DNA from: an uncultured Actinomycetes bacterium
Lineage (GTDB): Bacteria > Actinomycetota > Thermoleophilia > UBA2241
DNA: 64,000 bases
Direction of reading: 5' to 3'
NCBI GenBank assembly: GCA_963833555.1
Contig: CAWHYB010000002.1
Location: 680,229-744,228, forward strand
The number at the start of each line of letters is the position of its first letter. Within the stretch, counting starts at the first letter, position 1. The notes beneath the pieces were generated by a model, which worked only from the letters and a program-made list of their open reading frames with translations, did not search any database and had not been told where the DNA came from. This document shows positions 18,394-29,830 of this stretch, piece after piece. The position numbers and the translations under genes are program-made.

Positions 18394-19905
18394 ATGGTAG
18401 ATTTCACCCAAACCGTTGCAGGTTCAGCGGAAGACGCTTCTCCCGCCGCCGAGGGGAGCTTGACGGCGAAGGCCATCCTGGGCTTCGTGGGGACTTGCGC
18501 GATCGCCAAGCTGTTCGCCGCCTGGGTCACGGGGTTCGCGGGCGACGAGTTCTTACACCGCCGTCATCTCGCGCACGCTCGCGCTGTCCTACTTCGACCA
18601 CCCGCCGTTGCATCAGTGGGTTGTGCATGCAACCGCCGCCGTGGCGGGCGAGGGCTGGTGGCTGAGGCTGCCGGCTTTGCTGATGGTGCTCTGCACCAAC
18701 CTGCCGCTTTACGGCTTGAGCCGCAGGCTGTTCGGGGCGGAGGCGGCGCTGTGGGCGCTGTTCGGGTTCAACGCGGCGATCTATTTCGTGGTGTGGCCCG
18801 ATGGGCTGATCCTGCCTGACGTGCCCCTGTTTCTTTTTCTCAGCACGGCCATATGGATCGTCGCCGAAATCCTGTTCGGACCGCCGCGCGGCAAACTCGC
18901 TCCCGCGGCGCTTTGGCTCGCGGCGGGGCTGGCATTCGGGCTGGCCGGACTCGCCAAGTACTCGGCTATCTTCGCTCCCATCGGCCTATTCGGGTTTCTG
19001 GCCTTCTCGCCGCGCCACCGGCATTGGCTTTGGCACCCCTATCCCTATCTGGGGGCGGCGCTTGCCTTCGCCGCTTTCACGCCGGTTCTGATCTGGAACC
19101 AGCAGCACCAGTGGGTTTCTTTTTCGTTCCAGTCGGGGCGGACCGCATCCGGGACGACCTTCGACGCAACCGCATTCCGGCATTTCGCCGAGGCATTGGG
19201 CGCTCAAATCGCGCTGCTTTCGCCATGGATCGGCGCGCCGCTCGTACTGGCACTCTGGGCCGCCGCGCGCTCCCGCGATCCGGAAAGCCCCAGCCGATTT
19301 CTGCTCTGGCTCGCCGGGGTGCCGCTGGTGCTGTTCTCGCTATGCCGTTCCTTGGCAAGACCACGATACCGCATTGGTTCAACTCGGCTTGGCTGTTCGC
19401 CTTTCCGCTGCTCGGCGCTTGGCTGAGCCGGAAGAGCGCGAACTGGCTCCGTTCCTGGGCCATCGCGAGCGCGGCGCTTTCCGCGGTATGCTTTACCGTA
19501 TTCACGGCTTACGTGTCTCTGGGGCCGTTCTGGCAGGCCGCCAGCGCTAGCCCCAAGCGCGACGCCACGGAATGGAGCTACAACTGGCGCGGGCTTAAAG
19601 AATCGGCCGCCTGGCGCGCTTCAGGCGAGGGCGCGCCCGCCTTCGTGGCCGTGAACAATTGGCGCGTTGGCGGAAAGGCCGGCGGAGCGGTGGGGCCGGA
19701 GGTTCCGGTCTGCGCGTTCACGGACGATCCGCGCGGATTCGCCTTCGAATGCGACACCAGCGCGCTTTTAGGCCAGGACGCGTTGATCGTTGTCCCAAAG
19801 GAGAACGCCGAGGCTCCTCGGCGGGGATCGCTCCCTATTTCGAGCGCGTCGGCCCCACCTTCGAGGTTGGCGAAGGGCGCGGCGGGCGCGTGGAGCGCTT
19901 CGTGA
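18394..19905 (+). pseudogene. GT39/GT83 ArnT-like glycosyltransferase, paralog 3, at least 3 frameshifts
   Basis: Pieces 18340-18819, 18608-19426, 18853-19905 and 19659-20072 read as one ArnT-like protein (YFDHPPLHQWV..., KYSAIFAPIGLFGF..., GYKLSAPLRDAL). Confidence 0.6.
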
Positions 19906-20142
19906 CGGTTGCGCGCGGCTATAAGCTGTCGGCGCCCCTACGAGACGCCCTACGGGATCGATGCCAGGTGAGCCGCCCCGTTCGAGCCCGGGGGCAGGCT
20001 GCACCGGCGGCAGTTGACCCTTTGCAAACTCCGAACCCGCGGGGAAGCGAGGGTCCGGCGGCAGGCGCCTGAGCAGGGCCCGTGACTCCAACGCTTCTGG
20101 CCGCATTTTGCCAACGGCTGGCTTGGAGCTTGAACGCTCCGC

Positions 20143-21903
20143 CTATTTCCAATGCGCAAACTTCGACGTGTGTCCGATGCCAGGGTTAAAGAAATTGCTA
20201 GGATCAAGGCTTCTATAGTGGTTCAGCAGTGCCGGTTTCGCCGGGTACAAATGACCAACGCTATGTTCCGCTGGATATTCAGCCCCGCGCGTATCGAGGA
20301 TCTTCCACATCGCATGCTCTACTTCCATTGGATCCTGGCCTTTCTTCACAACGTAATCCTGGTGAAACACCTGGCAAAAGAAGTGCCCGTAGTAGAGTTT
20401 GTAGAGAAGCCTTGAAGTAATGCTCTCGGGCAGATGCTCGAACCAGCTCGTCCCGTTCCGCGGAAGCGCAACATCGAGCGCGACAATGTCTTCCACTTGC
20501 CTGCGATGGATGGCGCGGTAGCGCACCGCGGCCCCAGCTGCGGCAAACCGGTGTAAAAAGGCTTTCGCGCCTTCGCCGGGGGTGCACTCGAAGAAGGAAC
20601 CCTGCGCCGAGGGAAAGATCGTACCGAGATAGGCACGCGCTTCCTCGATGCCGTCCCCCGCCATCCTGAGCATCAGATGATGCTCGAATCTTTCGTGATA
20701 CTCGTAGAGACGCTTGGGCAGGTGCCGCGGGAAGAGAGAGCTGATGGCCTGCAGGATCCGGTCTGAGAGATCGTGCGGCATGAACCTAAAACGGGCGCAA
20801 AAGGCGTCGAAGCGCCCCTTCAGCGCAAATATCATCGGCATCCGGCCGGTTCCCAAATATCGAATCGCGAGGAATGTGTCCTTTCCGTATTTCCCGGCGA
20901 TGGCGAAAGCGTCGCGATGAATATACTCGCCTTGGATTGGAAGCGCTTTGAACTTCGCGAGAATGTGGCGGCGGATGGCTGTGAGTTCCCCGTGATCGTT
21001 GGTGCCGATATAGAAATCGCCTATGCGCTTTTCCTTCGGAAACGTGTCGAGGCGGACGGCAAGCAGCATCACCTTGCCGGCGCTGCCTGCCGACTCGAAT
21101 AGCCGCTTGGGATCGGCGTTGAAGCGCGCCGGCGTTTCCGCCTCGATATCACGGACATCCCGCTGGTAGTCATGATCGGAGCAAAAGCGGGCCGGATCGT
21201 GCTCAATGTCCTCCGGCCTAAAATCGCCCTTCTCGACCCTCTTCAGAATTGTTTCTGGGGCGTCGCCGAGGCGGACCCCTAGATGGTTGACGAGATGCAC
21301 GTTTCCCGTCTCGTCGATCCGGGCGTACAAGGTCATCTGCGTGAACGCCGGACCGCGGTGAATTAGCGCGCCGCCGGAGTTATTGCAAACGCCTCCGAAG
21401 ACCGAGGCGCCGATGCAGGACGAGCCGATCACCGAGTGTGGATTGCGCCCGAGCGGCTCCAATACCTCCTCAAGCTCGAAGAAAGTCGCGCCCGGAAGGC
21501 AAATGACCTGCCGGCCCTCGCCGATCACGTGGATCTTTGCTATCCGCAATGTGCTGACGATCACGATTTCCCGATCATACCGATCGCCATCAGGGGTCGA
21601 GCCCCCTGTCAATCCGGTGTTGGCGGCCTGCATGATGACGATCTTGCCGGCTGCGGCACAAGCATTGAGCACGCGCCACATTTCGACGAGCGTGCCTGGT
21701 TGGACCACGGCCAGCGCGGTCCCCTCCCCGCATCGAAAGCCCTTGCGGAACCGCCTCGTGCTAGCTGAGCTTGTCAAGACACGGCTGCTGCCCACGATGT
21801 TCTTCAAATCTGAGATAAGCCGCGAATTTTCCTTGGTCCCTTGCGCAGCCCCGTCTGCCCTATCGTGCCTGTTGCAGCCGTTATCGCTGGCAGTTGCCGT
21901 CAT
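20143..21903 (-). CDS. dld: FAD-dependent D-lactate dehydrogenase (quinone)
   Basis: 586 aa, collinear with E. coli Dld-type sequence (IIMQAANTGLTGGSTP, GSSCIGASVFGGVCNNSGG, HRFAAAGAAVRY). Confidence 0.85.
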   Translation of the reverse strand: MTATASDNGCNRHDRADGAAQGTKENSRLISDLKNIVGSSRVLTSSASTRRFRKGFRCGEGTALAVVQPGTLVEMWRVLNACAAAGKIVIMQAANTGLTGGSTPDGDRYDREIVIVSTLRIAKIHVIGEGRQVICLPGATFFELEEVLEPLGRNPHSVIGSSCIGASVFGGVCNNSGGALIHRGPAFTQMTLYARIDETGNVHLVNHLGVRLGDAPETILKRVEKGDFRPEDIEHDPARFCSDHDYQRDVRDIEAETPARFNADPKRLFESAGSAGKVMLLAVRLDTFPKEKRIGDFYIGTNDHGELTAIRRHILAKFKALPIQGEYIHRDAFAIAGKYGKDTFLAIRYLGTGRMPMIFALKGRFDAFCARFRFMPHDLSDRILQAISSLFPRHLPKRLYEYHERFEHHLMLRMAGDGIEEARAYLGTIFPSAQGSFFECTPGEGAKAFLHRFAAAGAAVRYRAIHRRQVEDIVALDVALPRNGTSWFEHLPESITSRLLYKLYYGHFFCQVFHQDYVVKKGQDPMEVEHAMWKILDTRGAEYPAEHSVGHLYPAKPALLNHYRSLDPSNFFNPGIGHTSKFAHWK

Positions 21904-22288
21904 GGGTTATTTCTTCGCTCTTGTTAGGGCGGGAATACGCAAAGCCACCTGTCTGCTCGCGGAGCAGAATGTGCGAGGCGTTGAGACTGCGAATTGGTAT
22001 CGCGGGATCGGCGGGAACTTCGCCATGGACCTGCAGCGCCAGATAGCGCCCGCAGCAAACTCTCAGAAACGACGCAAAATTGCCGGCGTCACCCCGCGCT
22101 TCCACGAGTTCATCATAGAGCTTCGCGACGAGCTGACTGAGGGTCAGCCCATCGCGCCCGGCGATCTCGGCAAGAATGTTCCAGAAGAAGGCCTCAAGCC
22201 GCAGGCTGGTGGCGAGACCGTGCAACCTGAGAGAGCGGGTGTGACGCTCCCAAAGCGCAGGGTCTCCCTCAATGAACAGTTTGCACAT
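21881..22288 (-). CDS. ribbon-helix-helix domain protein
   Basis: MCKLFIEGDPALWERHTRSLRLHGLATSLRLEAFFWNILAEIAG; conserved small alphaproteobacterial protein. 3' end uncertain. Confidence 0.45.
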   Translation of the reverse strand: MCKLFIEGDPALWERHTRSLRLHGLATSLRLEAFFWNILAEIAGRDGLTLSQLVAKLYDELVEARGDAGNFASFLRVCCGRYLALQVHGEVPADPAIPIRSLNASHILLREQTGGFAYSRPNKSEEITHDGNCQR

Positions 22289-22357
22289 TGGAACCTCCAA
22301 GGAACCGGCAGCTACCGCAGCATACCATCATAAGCGCTGCCGGTTCCCAGAATAGGG

Positions 22358-22939
22358 CTAATGTACGATCTTGGTTCCCAGCACGGCGAGGAACTGGCTG
22401 ATCCAGGCCGGGTGCGCGGGCCACGCGGGCGCCGTTACGAGATTTCCGTCGGTCACCGCCGCATCGATGGCGATCTCGGCATACTTGCCATGCGCCAGCT
22501 CGACCTCCGCACGGCAAGCTGGATAGGCCGAGCATGTCCGCCCCTCAAGCACGCGCGCAGCGGCAAGAAGCTGCGCCCCATGGCAAATCGCGGCAACCGG
22601 CTTACCGGCGCGGAAGAAGTGCTGCACGGCTTCAATCACCTTCGGATTTAACCGGAGATATTCCGGCGCGCGTCCACCCGGTATGAGCAGGGCATCATAG
22701 GACTCGGGTTTGATGTCCGCGAAGGTTGCGTTTAGGGTGAAGTTGTGGCCGCGCTTTTCGCTGTAGGTCTGCTGGCCCTCGAAATCGTGGATCGCGGTTG
22801 CGATATGATCGCCCGCCTTCTTATCTGGGCAGACCGCATCGACCATGTGGCCCACCGCGAGAAGCGCCTGGAACGGCACCATTGTCTCGTAGTCCTCGCC
22901 AAAATCGCCGCAAATCATCAGAATGCGCTTGCCAGGCAT
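22358..22939 (-). CDS. DJ-1/PfpI family protein
   Basis: 193 aa with [10 protein letters not shown] and the nucleophile-elbow Cys. Confidence 0.8.
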   Translation of the reverse strand: MPGKRILMICGDFGEDYETMVPFQALLAVGHMVDAVCPDKKAGDHIATAIHDFEGQQTYSEKRGHNFTLNATFADIKPESYDALLIPGGRAPEYLRLNPKVIEAVQHFFRAGKPVAAICHGAQLLAAARVLEGRTCSAYPACRAEVELAHGKYAEIAIDAAVTDGNLVTAPAWPAHPAWISQFLAVLGTKIVH

Positions 22940-23516
22940 GGTTTCCTCCTTGGCTCATTTTCTTGAGTTCAATTATCGCATGGCGAGACAAGCGGTGGGT
23001 AGTATCCGGCTGTGACAAACGCAACTTCGCCGGCAGTCTGCAATATTGGATTTTCGGAGCAGGACGAAGGCGCATCGGATCAACGCACGAGAGCATTACG
23101 CAGATCGCTGGCGTAGCTTCCAACCTACTTCGATGGGCTCGAACGTCTCCTCCTGGCCCAATCAGCCCGTTCTAAGGTGTGAGGGCGGCAACCACAACAT
23201 ATAGTGGGTGTCTGTGTTAACCGGATAGGCACGCTTCGAACATGGCGGGACCGCGCATTTGCCGTTCCTTATGTTGGCGCCCATGCGCCTTCGCGGGAAC
23301 GGCGCCGCGGGTTAGCCGCCACCGCTTCGCTTATCGGACGAGCGCCATGATGCCGCCGGGGCGTTCCGTTCCATAGGCGGATATTTCCACATCCGGAAAA
23401 ACCTTCAGCTTTTCGCTTCTCCCCTGCAAGCATGAGGGAAGCTTGAGGCTTCACATGGCTGTCATCAAACAGGACTAAGCGTCCCTGAACTTTAACCGCG
23501 AAGCTTAAGGGCGGGC

Positions 23517-24146
23517 ATGTCAGAGACGCTACTGGTATTGGGGATCATCCTCGGGTTGACGTTGTCCGGTTTGCTGGTTTGCACGGTCGCCTGTGAGAAG
23601 TTCAAGTTTTGGCCCACGCCGGGCAAGGGAACCTGGCAGAGCCTGCTGTTCTGGAGCCTGTTTCGCGGCCTTAACGTGACCACGCTCACCATGGGTTTCG
23701 TTTGCTTTCAGCCCTGGCAGGACTTCTATCCGGAACGCGTGGCGGCCGGCGGGATCGCGATTCTCTGTGGCCTCCTTTACGTGTGGGCGCTCCATGCCCT
23801 TGGCCGCACCAACGTCTACTGCGGCCGCGATGGGCTCGTCACCAGCGGCATCTACGCCTGGACGCGCAATCCGCAATACGCGACGGCAATCCCGGCCTTT
23901 CTCTTCCTCGCGGTTGCCTCTTACTCGGCTGCTGTTTCCGTGGCCGCGTCGCTGCTTATCCTCTGCTACGCGCTGATGGCGTTTGCCGAGGAGCGCTGGC
24001 TCGAAGCCGCCTATGGCGCGGAATACCTGCGCTACCGGCGCGAGGTCGCCCGCTTTTACAATTGGCGCCATGCCTTGGCTCTGCTCAAGCAGGAGTTCCC
24101 GCCAACAAGGCGCGCCGCCGAAGAACCGGTCTCCGAACGGCCCTAG
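23517..24146 (+). CDS. isoprenylcysteine carboxyl methyltransferase (ICMT/PEMT-like) membrane methyltransferase
   Basis: 209 aa, 4-5 TM, C-terminal RREVARF and EERWLEAAYGAEYLRYRR motif. Confidence 0.7.
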   Translation: MSETLLVLGIILGLTLSGLLVCTVACEKFKFWPTPGKGTWQSLLFWSLFRGLNVTTLTMGFVCFQPWQDFYPERVAAGGIAILCGLLYVWALHALGRTNVYCGRDGLVTSGIYAWTRNPQYATAIPAFLFLAVASYSAAVSVAASLLILCYALMAFAEERWLEAAYGAEYLRYRREVARFYNWRHALALLKQEFPPTRRAAEEPVSERP

Positions 24147-24235
24147 CACCAGCGTTCCGCCCGGAGACACCTTGCCGCCAGTCACGATCGAAAATGCCAC
24201 GGGTCACAGGTGAACGGCAGATAGGAATCGAAGCG

Positions 24236-25183
24236 ATGCCCAAGGACAGCAATCAGGACGGGAGCCAGCCCCGCGAGTCTCGCCAGTACCGGACGCTTTT
24301 TGTTTCCGATATTCATCTGGGCGCGCGGGCTTGCCAGGCGGACGCCTTCCTCGACTTCCTCCGCCACAATGAAGCGGACACCATCTATCTCGCCGGCGAC
24401 ATTATCGATTTCTGGAGCTTGAAGCGCACGCCCGTATGGCTGCAATCGCATAACGACGTGCTGCAGAAGCTGTTGCGGAAAGCCCGCAAGGGAACGCGGG
24501 TCGTCTTCATTCCTGGCAACCATGACGAAGCGGTTCGCAGCTATTGCGGGATGAGCTTCGGGGCCATCGAGATCCATCGCGATGCCGTGCATGTGACGGC
24601 GGAAGGGCGCCGCTTTCTCGTGCTGCATGGCGACGAGTTCGACGTCGTGGTGCGCTATGCACGCTGGCTCGCGCTGCTTGGGGACCGCTCCTACGAATTC
24701 GCGGTTTGGTGCAACCGGCCGCTGAACTTCTTCCGGCGCCGGCTTGGCTTGGGCTTCTGGTCGCTCTCGAACTATCTCAAGCTGCGCGTGAAATCGGCGG
24801 TGAATTTCATCGGTGAATTCGAGCATGCGATTGCGGCGGAGGCGAAGCGGCGCGCGGCCGATGGCGTGATTTGCGGCCATATCCATCACATGACCGACCG
24901 GATGATCGAAGGGGTTCGCTACGTCAACTGCGGCGACTGGGTCGAAAGCTGCACCGCGATCGCCGAGGACCACGACGGCACGCTTCACCAAATCCGCTGG
25001 CATCCAGCAGCGGCAAAGCCCGCGCTGGCTCTTCCGGCGCCGGTTCCGCTTGCCGCCATCGAGGCACTATCGCCCGGCGCGTCCGCCCTGGGTGTAATGA
25101 CGGCCAATTGGGCCGCGGCTGGCCCCGCGCCACTGGCGAATGCCGTCCAGCCGGTGCGCAAAGACATGGCTATCGCAGAATGA
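24236..25183 (+). CDS. metallophosphoesterase, UDP-2,3-diacylglucosamine hydrolase (LpxH)-like
   Basis: VSDIHLG...GDIIDFW...GNHDE...GHIHH calcineurin-like motifs. ATG at 24236. Confidence 0.65.
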   Translation: MPKDSNQDGSQPRESRQYRTLFVSDIHLGARACQADAFLDFLRHNEADTIYLAGDIIDFWSLKRTPVWLQSHNDVLQKLLRKARKGTRVVFIPGNHDEAVRSYCGMSFGAIEIHRDAVHVTAEGRRFLVLHGDEFDVVVRYARWLALLGDRSYEFAVWCNRPLNFFRRRLGLGFWSLSNYLKLRVKSAVNFIGEFEHAIAAEAKRRAADGVICGHIHHMTDRMIEGVRYVNCGDWVESCTAIAEDHDGTLHQIRWHPAAAKPALALPAPVPLAAIEALSPGASALGVMTANWAAAGPAPLANAVQPVRKDMAIAE

Positions 25184-26446
25184 ACTCAAGGAGGATCGAT
25201 TTGGCTAACGTAGCGGAAGCGAAGAGGTCTACGAGCACTGGCATGATCGGCGCCGCGGTGTACCGGAGCAAGCCGCTTTCTGCCGAGGGGCTGCGTGAGC
25301 GGCTCTTCACGCTGGCATTCTCCAATCTTGTCTATGCGCAGATCTGGGAGGACCCCGCGGTCGATCTTGAGGCGCTTGCGCTCGACAGCACGAGCCGCAT
25401 CGTCACCATCGCCTCGGGCGGCTGCAACGTGCTGAGCTATCTTACCGCGGGGCCGGAGCATGTCGCGGCGGTCGATATCAACGGCGCGCATGTCGCGCTC
25501 AACCGGCTCAAGCTCGCCGCCGCCCGGCACTTGCCCGATTACGAGTCCTTCTACCGCTTCTTCGGCGCGGCAGACGCCTCCGAAAATGTGGCGGCCTTCA
25601 AGACCCACATCCTGCCTCATCTCGATCCGCAAACGGCAGCCTATTGGCAGTCGCGCCATGGCCTGCGCCGCCGCCGCCGGATCAAGCGGTTCACCAGCAA
25701 TTTCTATCGCGCGGGGCTGCTCGGCAGCTTCATCGGGGCGAGCCACTTCGTGGCGCGGCTGAACGGCGTCAATCCGCGAATGATTCTGAAAGCGCGGACG
25801 CTTGAAGAGCAGCGCCGCATCTTCGACCAGAAATTCGCGCCGCTGTTCGACAGGCGGGCGTTGCGCTGGCTCGTCAACCGCCCGGCCTCGCTTTACGGGC
25901 TTGGCATTCCGCCCGCGCAGTACAAGGCGCTGGCAGGGGACGGCGAAGGCGGCATTGCGGAGGTGCTCAAGAAGCGCCTGGAACGCCTGGCTTGCGGCTT
26001 CCCCCTGTCCGAGAACTACTTCGCCTGGCAGGCTTTCGGCCGCCGCTACGCGCCCTCGGGCGGGCCGCTGCCTCCCTATCTCGATCCGGCGAATTTCGAG
26101 CTGGTGCGGGAGAACGCGCCGCGCGTCTCGGTTCACCACGCCTCTTTCACGGATTACCTTGCCAGCGCGCCAGACGGCAGCCTGGACCGGTACATTCTTC
26201 TCGACGCCCAGGACTGGATGAACGATGCCGTGCTCACCGGGCTATGGCAGGAAATCACCAGGACGGCCCGGCCTGGGGCGCGCGTGATCTTCCGCACCGC
26301 CGGCGAGGCGACGATCCTTCCGGGACGCATACCGGAACCCATCCTCTCCCGCTGGCATTATGCGGACGGACCTCTCCCGCGAGCTTACCCTGAAGGACCG
26401 TTCCGCCATCTACGGCGGTTTCCATCTTTACATTTTGCAGGGGTAA
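25180..26446 (+). CDS. btaA: diacylglycerol-homoserine synthase BtaA (betaine lipid DGTS), with a 1-nt indel near 26365 that removes its stop
   Basis: DUF3419-type sequence. A +1 frame from about 26365 gives DLSRELTLKDRSAIYGGFHLYILQG then TAA 26444-26446, followed by an AGGA ribosome-binding site and ATG of btaB. In the sequence as given, the main frame reads through into btaB. Confidence 0.65.
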
Positions 26447-26451
26447 GGACG

Positions 26452-27105
26452 ATGCAGGCCGCCGCCACAGCCGCGGAGAAAATGGACGCTATCTACCGCC
26501 GCCAGCGTTTCATTTACGACGCCACGCGGCGCTACTACCTCCTTGGCCGCGACCGCCTGATCGGAAGCCTCAAGCCTCCGCTTGGCGGCGCGGTGCTTGA
26601 GGTTGGCTGCGGCACGGCGCGCAATCTCATCCGCGCCGCGAAGCGCTATCCCGACGCCCGCTTCCACGGCATCGACATCTCCGAGGCGATGCTCAAGTCG
26701 GCGCGGGCTTCCGTTGCGAGGAGCGGTTTGCGGTCGCGCGTCGCTCTGGGGCAAGGAGACGCCACGGCCTTTCAACCGGCCGCGCTTTTCGGGCGCGACG
26801 CCTTCGACCGCATCTATGTTTCCTATTCGCTGTCGATGATCCCGCCGTGGCAGGACGCCCTCAGGCACGCCATGGCGCTACTGGCGCCGCGAGGAGAACT
26901 GCACATCGTCGATTTCGGGGAGTTCGCGGGCTACCCAGCGCTCCTGCGCCACGCGCAACTCGCCTGGCTGCGCCGCTTCTCCGTGGTGCCCATCCCGGGG
27001 ATGCAGGGAAAGATTGCGGCGCTCGCCGGGGAGGCGGGACTTACAGCGACGGCCGAAAGCCTTTATGGCGGCTACGCCATCCAGATGCGGCTGGGCCGCC
27101 GATAA
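26452..27105 (+). CDS. btaB: SAM-dependent N-methyltransferase BtaB (DGTS synthesis)
   Basis: LEVGCGTARNL SAM-binding motif, about 218 aa, immediately downstream of btaA. Confidence 0.7.
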   Translation: MQAAATAAEKMDAIYRRQRFIYDATRRYYLLGRDRLIGSLKPPLGGAVLEVGCGTARNLIRAAKRYPDARFHGIDISEAMLKSARASVARSGLRSRVALGQGDATAFQPAALFGRDAFDRIYVSYSLSMIPPWQDALRHAMALLAPRGELHIVDFGEFAGYPALLRHAQLAWLRRFSVVPIPGMQGKIAALAGEAGLTATAESLYGGYAIQMRLGRR

Positions 27106-27339
27106 GCGCCCATCGAGGTGACTGCTTTCAAGGCTTTCAGCAGATACCGCCATACATGGCAGCGAGTTCGCGCTCGAAGCCATCCATGAGCCAGCCCCTG
27201 CCGGTCATGAGAGGGCGGCAGAAGAAGTGCGCCGCCTACGCCTGTTCCATTGCTGGAGGGCGCGCGATGAATTAAAACAAAAGTCGGGACTTCACGGGCA
27301 TAAGGGGCGGCCTCATGCTCGGCACCATTCTGTCTATCG

Positions 27340-28955
27340 TTGGCGGCGTTTCCGAAGCGGTCAACATCTATAAATTCGGCACACTCTCGCCAAGGAAGCG
27401 ACGCCGAACGTGTGCTCGGCGCGCTGGATCGCATTCATGCTCAGGTCGAGCGGCTCTATGACAACATCCTTTACGCGCCGGGCATCGAGGGCTTGAGTCC
27501 TGCGGCGGGCACGGCCCACCGGCTTGGCGATCTGCGCGAAGCGCGAGAGCTTTTGGAGCCGGTGCAAGCGGCGCTGGGCGGGGAGATCGTCTCTTCGGGG
27601 CTCATCGAGACGCCGGGCAAAAATGGAACGGGCGATGGTCGAAAAACCCAGGGCGGTGCTGGAAGACATCCGCCCGCAGGATTTGGCGGTGCGCCAGCCA
27701 ATCCGGACAAGGTGCCGGTGCTGTTCGTGCATCAAGGCGTGCGCTATATCGGCTGGCAGATGCGCGGGGCGTTGCCGGTGTTGTTCAATTGCGAGTTGCA
27801 CGATCTGCCGGGGTTGGGGGCTTCGCTGACGCCGGAGGTTTGGGACAACCGCCGCAACAGAGCTGGCAGCCTCCGGCCGGCCGGCGCGGCGGCGCAAGCC
27901 CGATCTCAGGGCGGCGGCTGGCTTGGACAAGGCAAAGGCATTCGTTGCCGGGCCGCCTGGCGGGCAGGCTCCCGTTGCGCCGGTCGCGAGGGAGACCCCG
28001 GCAAGGCCCAGGCAGGCTCCGGCTGTGCAGCCTTCCCAGCAGGGAGCGCCGCGCGCGTGGCCTGCCCCTATCGCGGGCAACGCCACTATTCCATTGAAGC
28101 CTGCGGCGGTTGCGCGGCCCGCTTGGGCCAGCGGTGCGGGGGAGGACAAGCTCGGCGTTTGGGCGGATTTCTGCGTGGGCGATGCCGGCAGCGGATGCGG
28201 TGGATCGAGCCGGGAACTTCACGATGGGCTCGCCCAACGGCGAGGCCGGCCGCTATGACGATGAAGGCCCGAACGGGGCGTGAGGTGCGGCTCACCAAGG
28301 GCTTCTGGCTTGGCGATACGCAGGTGACGCAGGCGCTTGGGACCGCCGCGATGGGCAGCAATCCGAGCAATTTCGAGGGTGCCGGAGCGGCCGGTGGAGA
28401 GAGTGGGCTGGGACGATGCGCAGTGAGTGGTTCTGACAAAAGATGAAGGCGCGCATTCCAGGGCTCGATCTCGGGCTGCCCACGAAGGCGCAATGGGAAT
28501 ATGCATGCCGTGCGGGCACAACGGACGCCAATTACGCGCGTGGAACGCTGACGTTATGGGGCAAGTTGCGTGGTTTGCGGATAATCGCGGCGACCAGACT
28601 CATCCGGTGGCCCAAAAGCCATGTAACGACTGGGGGCTTTACGATATGATGGGTAATGTTTGGGAATTGTGCGCTGATGGCCCACGCAGCTACACTGCCG
28701 AGCCTGTCCCAGACCCTGCCGGCGCCGGAGAATCTGCCCCGCGAGGCGCGGCAGGCGCGCCACTCAACGTGGCGAGCGCTGCGCGGCGGCTCCAGGGATT
28801 GCTACGCTGGGAACGTGCGCGCTGCGAGCCGCGCCAGCGATTGGGACGTCTGGGGCGGCAGCATCGGGTTCCGCTGCTGCATTGAGTCCGGTCGTGGGCC
28901 AAGCAGGAGAAGGGAGCCGGGCCCCAATAGCCGCGCGGGAGGCGCGGCAACTTAG
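27340..28955 (+). pseudogene. FGE/SUMF1-domain protein with about 300-aa N-terminal region of unknown function; several frameshifts
   Basis: VRLTKGFWLGDTQVTQA, KAQWEYACRAGTTD, WGLYDMMGNVWE and IGFRC motifs of the formylglycine-generating-enzyme fold. These are distributed over frames 27340-28446, 28443-28649, 28427-28885 and 28656-28955. Confidence 0.55.
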
Positions 28956-29683
28956 GTCCGGCGGGGGGCTTCGCACTTTCGGCGGCCATACTCATATGGC
29001 CGGTTGCGTTCTCCCCCGATTGCCGCAACAGCCCTCTCAGGCTACGATGGCGGTACGCTGAAACTCTGGGACCTGACGCCGCACCTCCTCGCCTCCGCCA
29101 GCCGCTGACGGCCGCCCGGTTCGCGGAACGGAAGCGATGGGCGGCGCCATAAGCCGCAGGGAAAGCAGTTTCATGGGCTGCACCGAGCAGCGATGGCCCG
29201 TCTCTCAATTTCTACTTGGTATTCGGAAGAGCCGCCGTCGCCCTTATGCGCGAAAGAAGGGAGCCGCATGACCGAAATCAACGCCATCGGCGCCGCAAAG
29301 GCACGCGCCAATCCGGCGGGCGTCCAGTGCAGGCGTGAAACAGGATTTGTATCCTATTTCGCCTGTCTGGACACAAACCTCACGCTGAACTGGCGCGTAT
29401 ATCTCTTCTGCGCTAAATATATGAGCAAAGGGATATATTTAATGGCGCTTTTTATTCGGGACGCCGAGAGGATGCGGTAGCGGAAAAATTCGCACGCTCA
29501 CCAAGGCCAAAACCAAAACGGAGGGCGTTAGCCGTGCCCATCAACGAAGCTGTTAAATGCGCGCCACGCTTTGCCGCTTCAGGAACGATTGGCGCGCTCC
29601 AAAGCGATGACGGATGCAATGGGACGGAGTTGCCGGCCTTGCCGATGCCGACGCGTCAGCCGATGAGATGTGGGATGAGCGTG

Positions 29684-29830
29684 ATGTTCGTTGACGCCTC
29701 TGTCATCGTTGCCCTTTTGGGCGTGAGCCAGGCCACGGAAATCGAAACCGCATGGCCTCACCGAGCAGTCCGTTTTTCATTTCGCCACTCGTAAAATTCG
29801 AGGCGGCAGTCCCTTGGCACGGCTGAAAGG
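29684..29830 (+). pseudogene. PIN-domain (VapC-like) toxin 5' fragment
   Basis: MFVDASVIVALL N-terminus typical of VapC; it continues as FISPLVKFEAAV in another frame, then decays. Confidence 0.3.

Noticed and set aside
24182-26139. Antisense ORFs 24182-25003 and 25186-26139 on the - strand
   Set aside because: Opposite strand of the well-supported lpxH-like and btaA genes. Typical GC-rich shadow ORFs.
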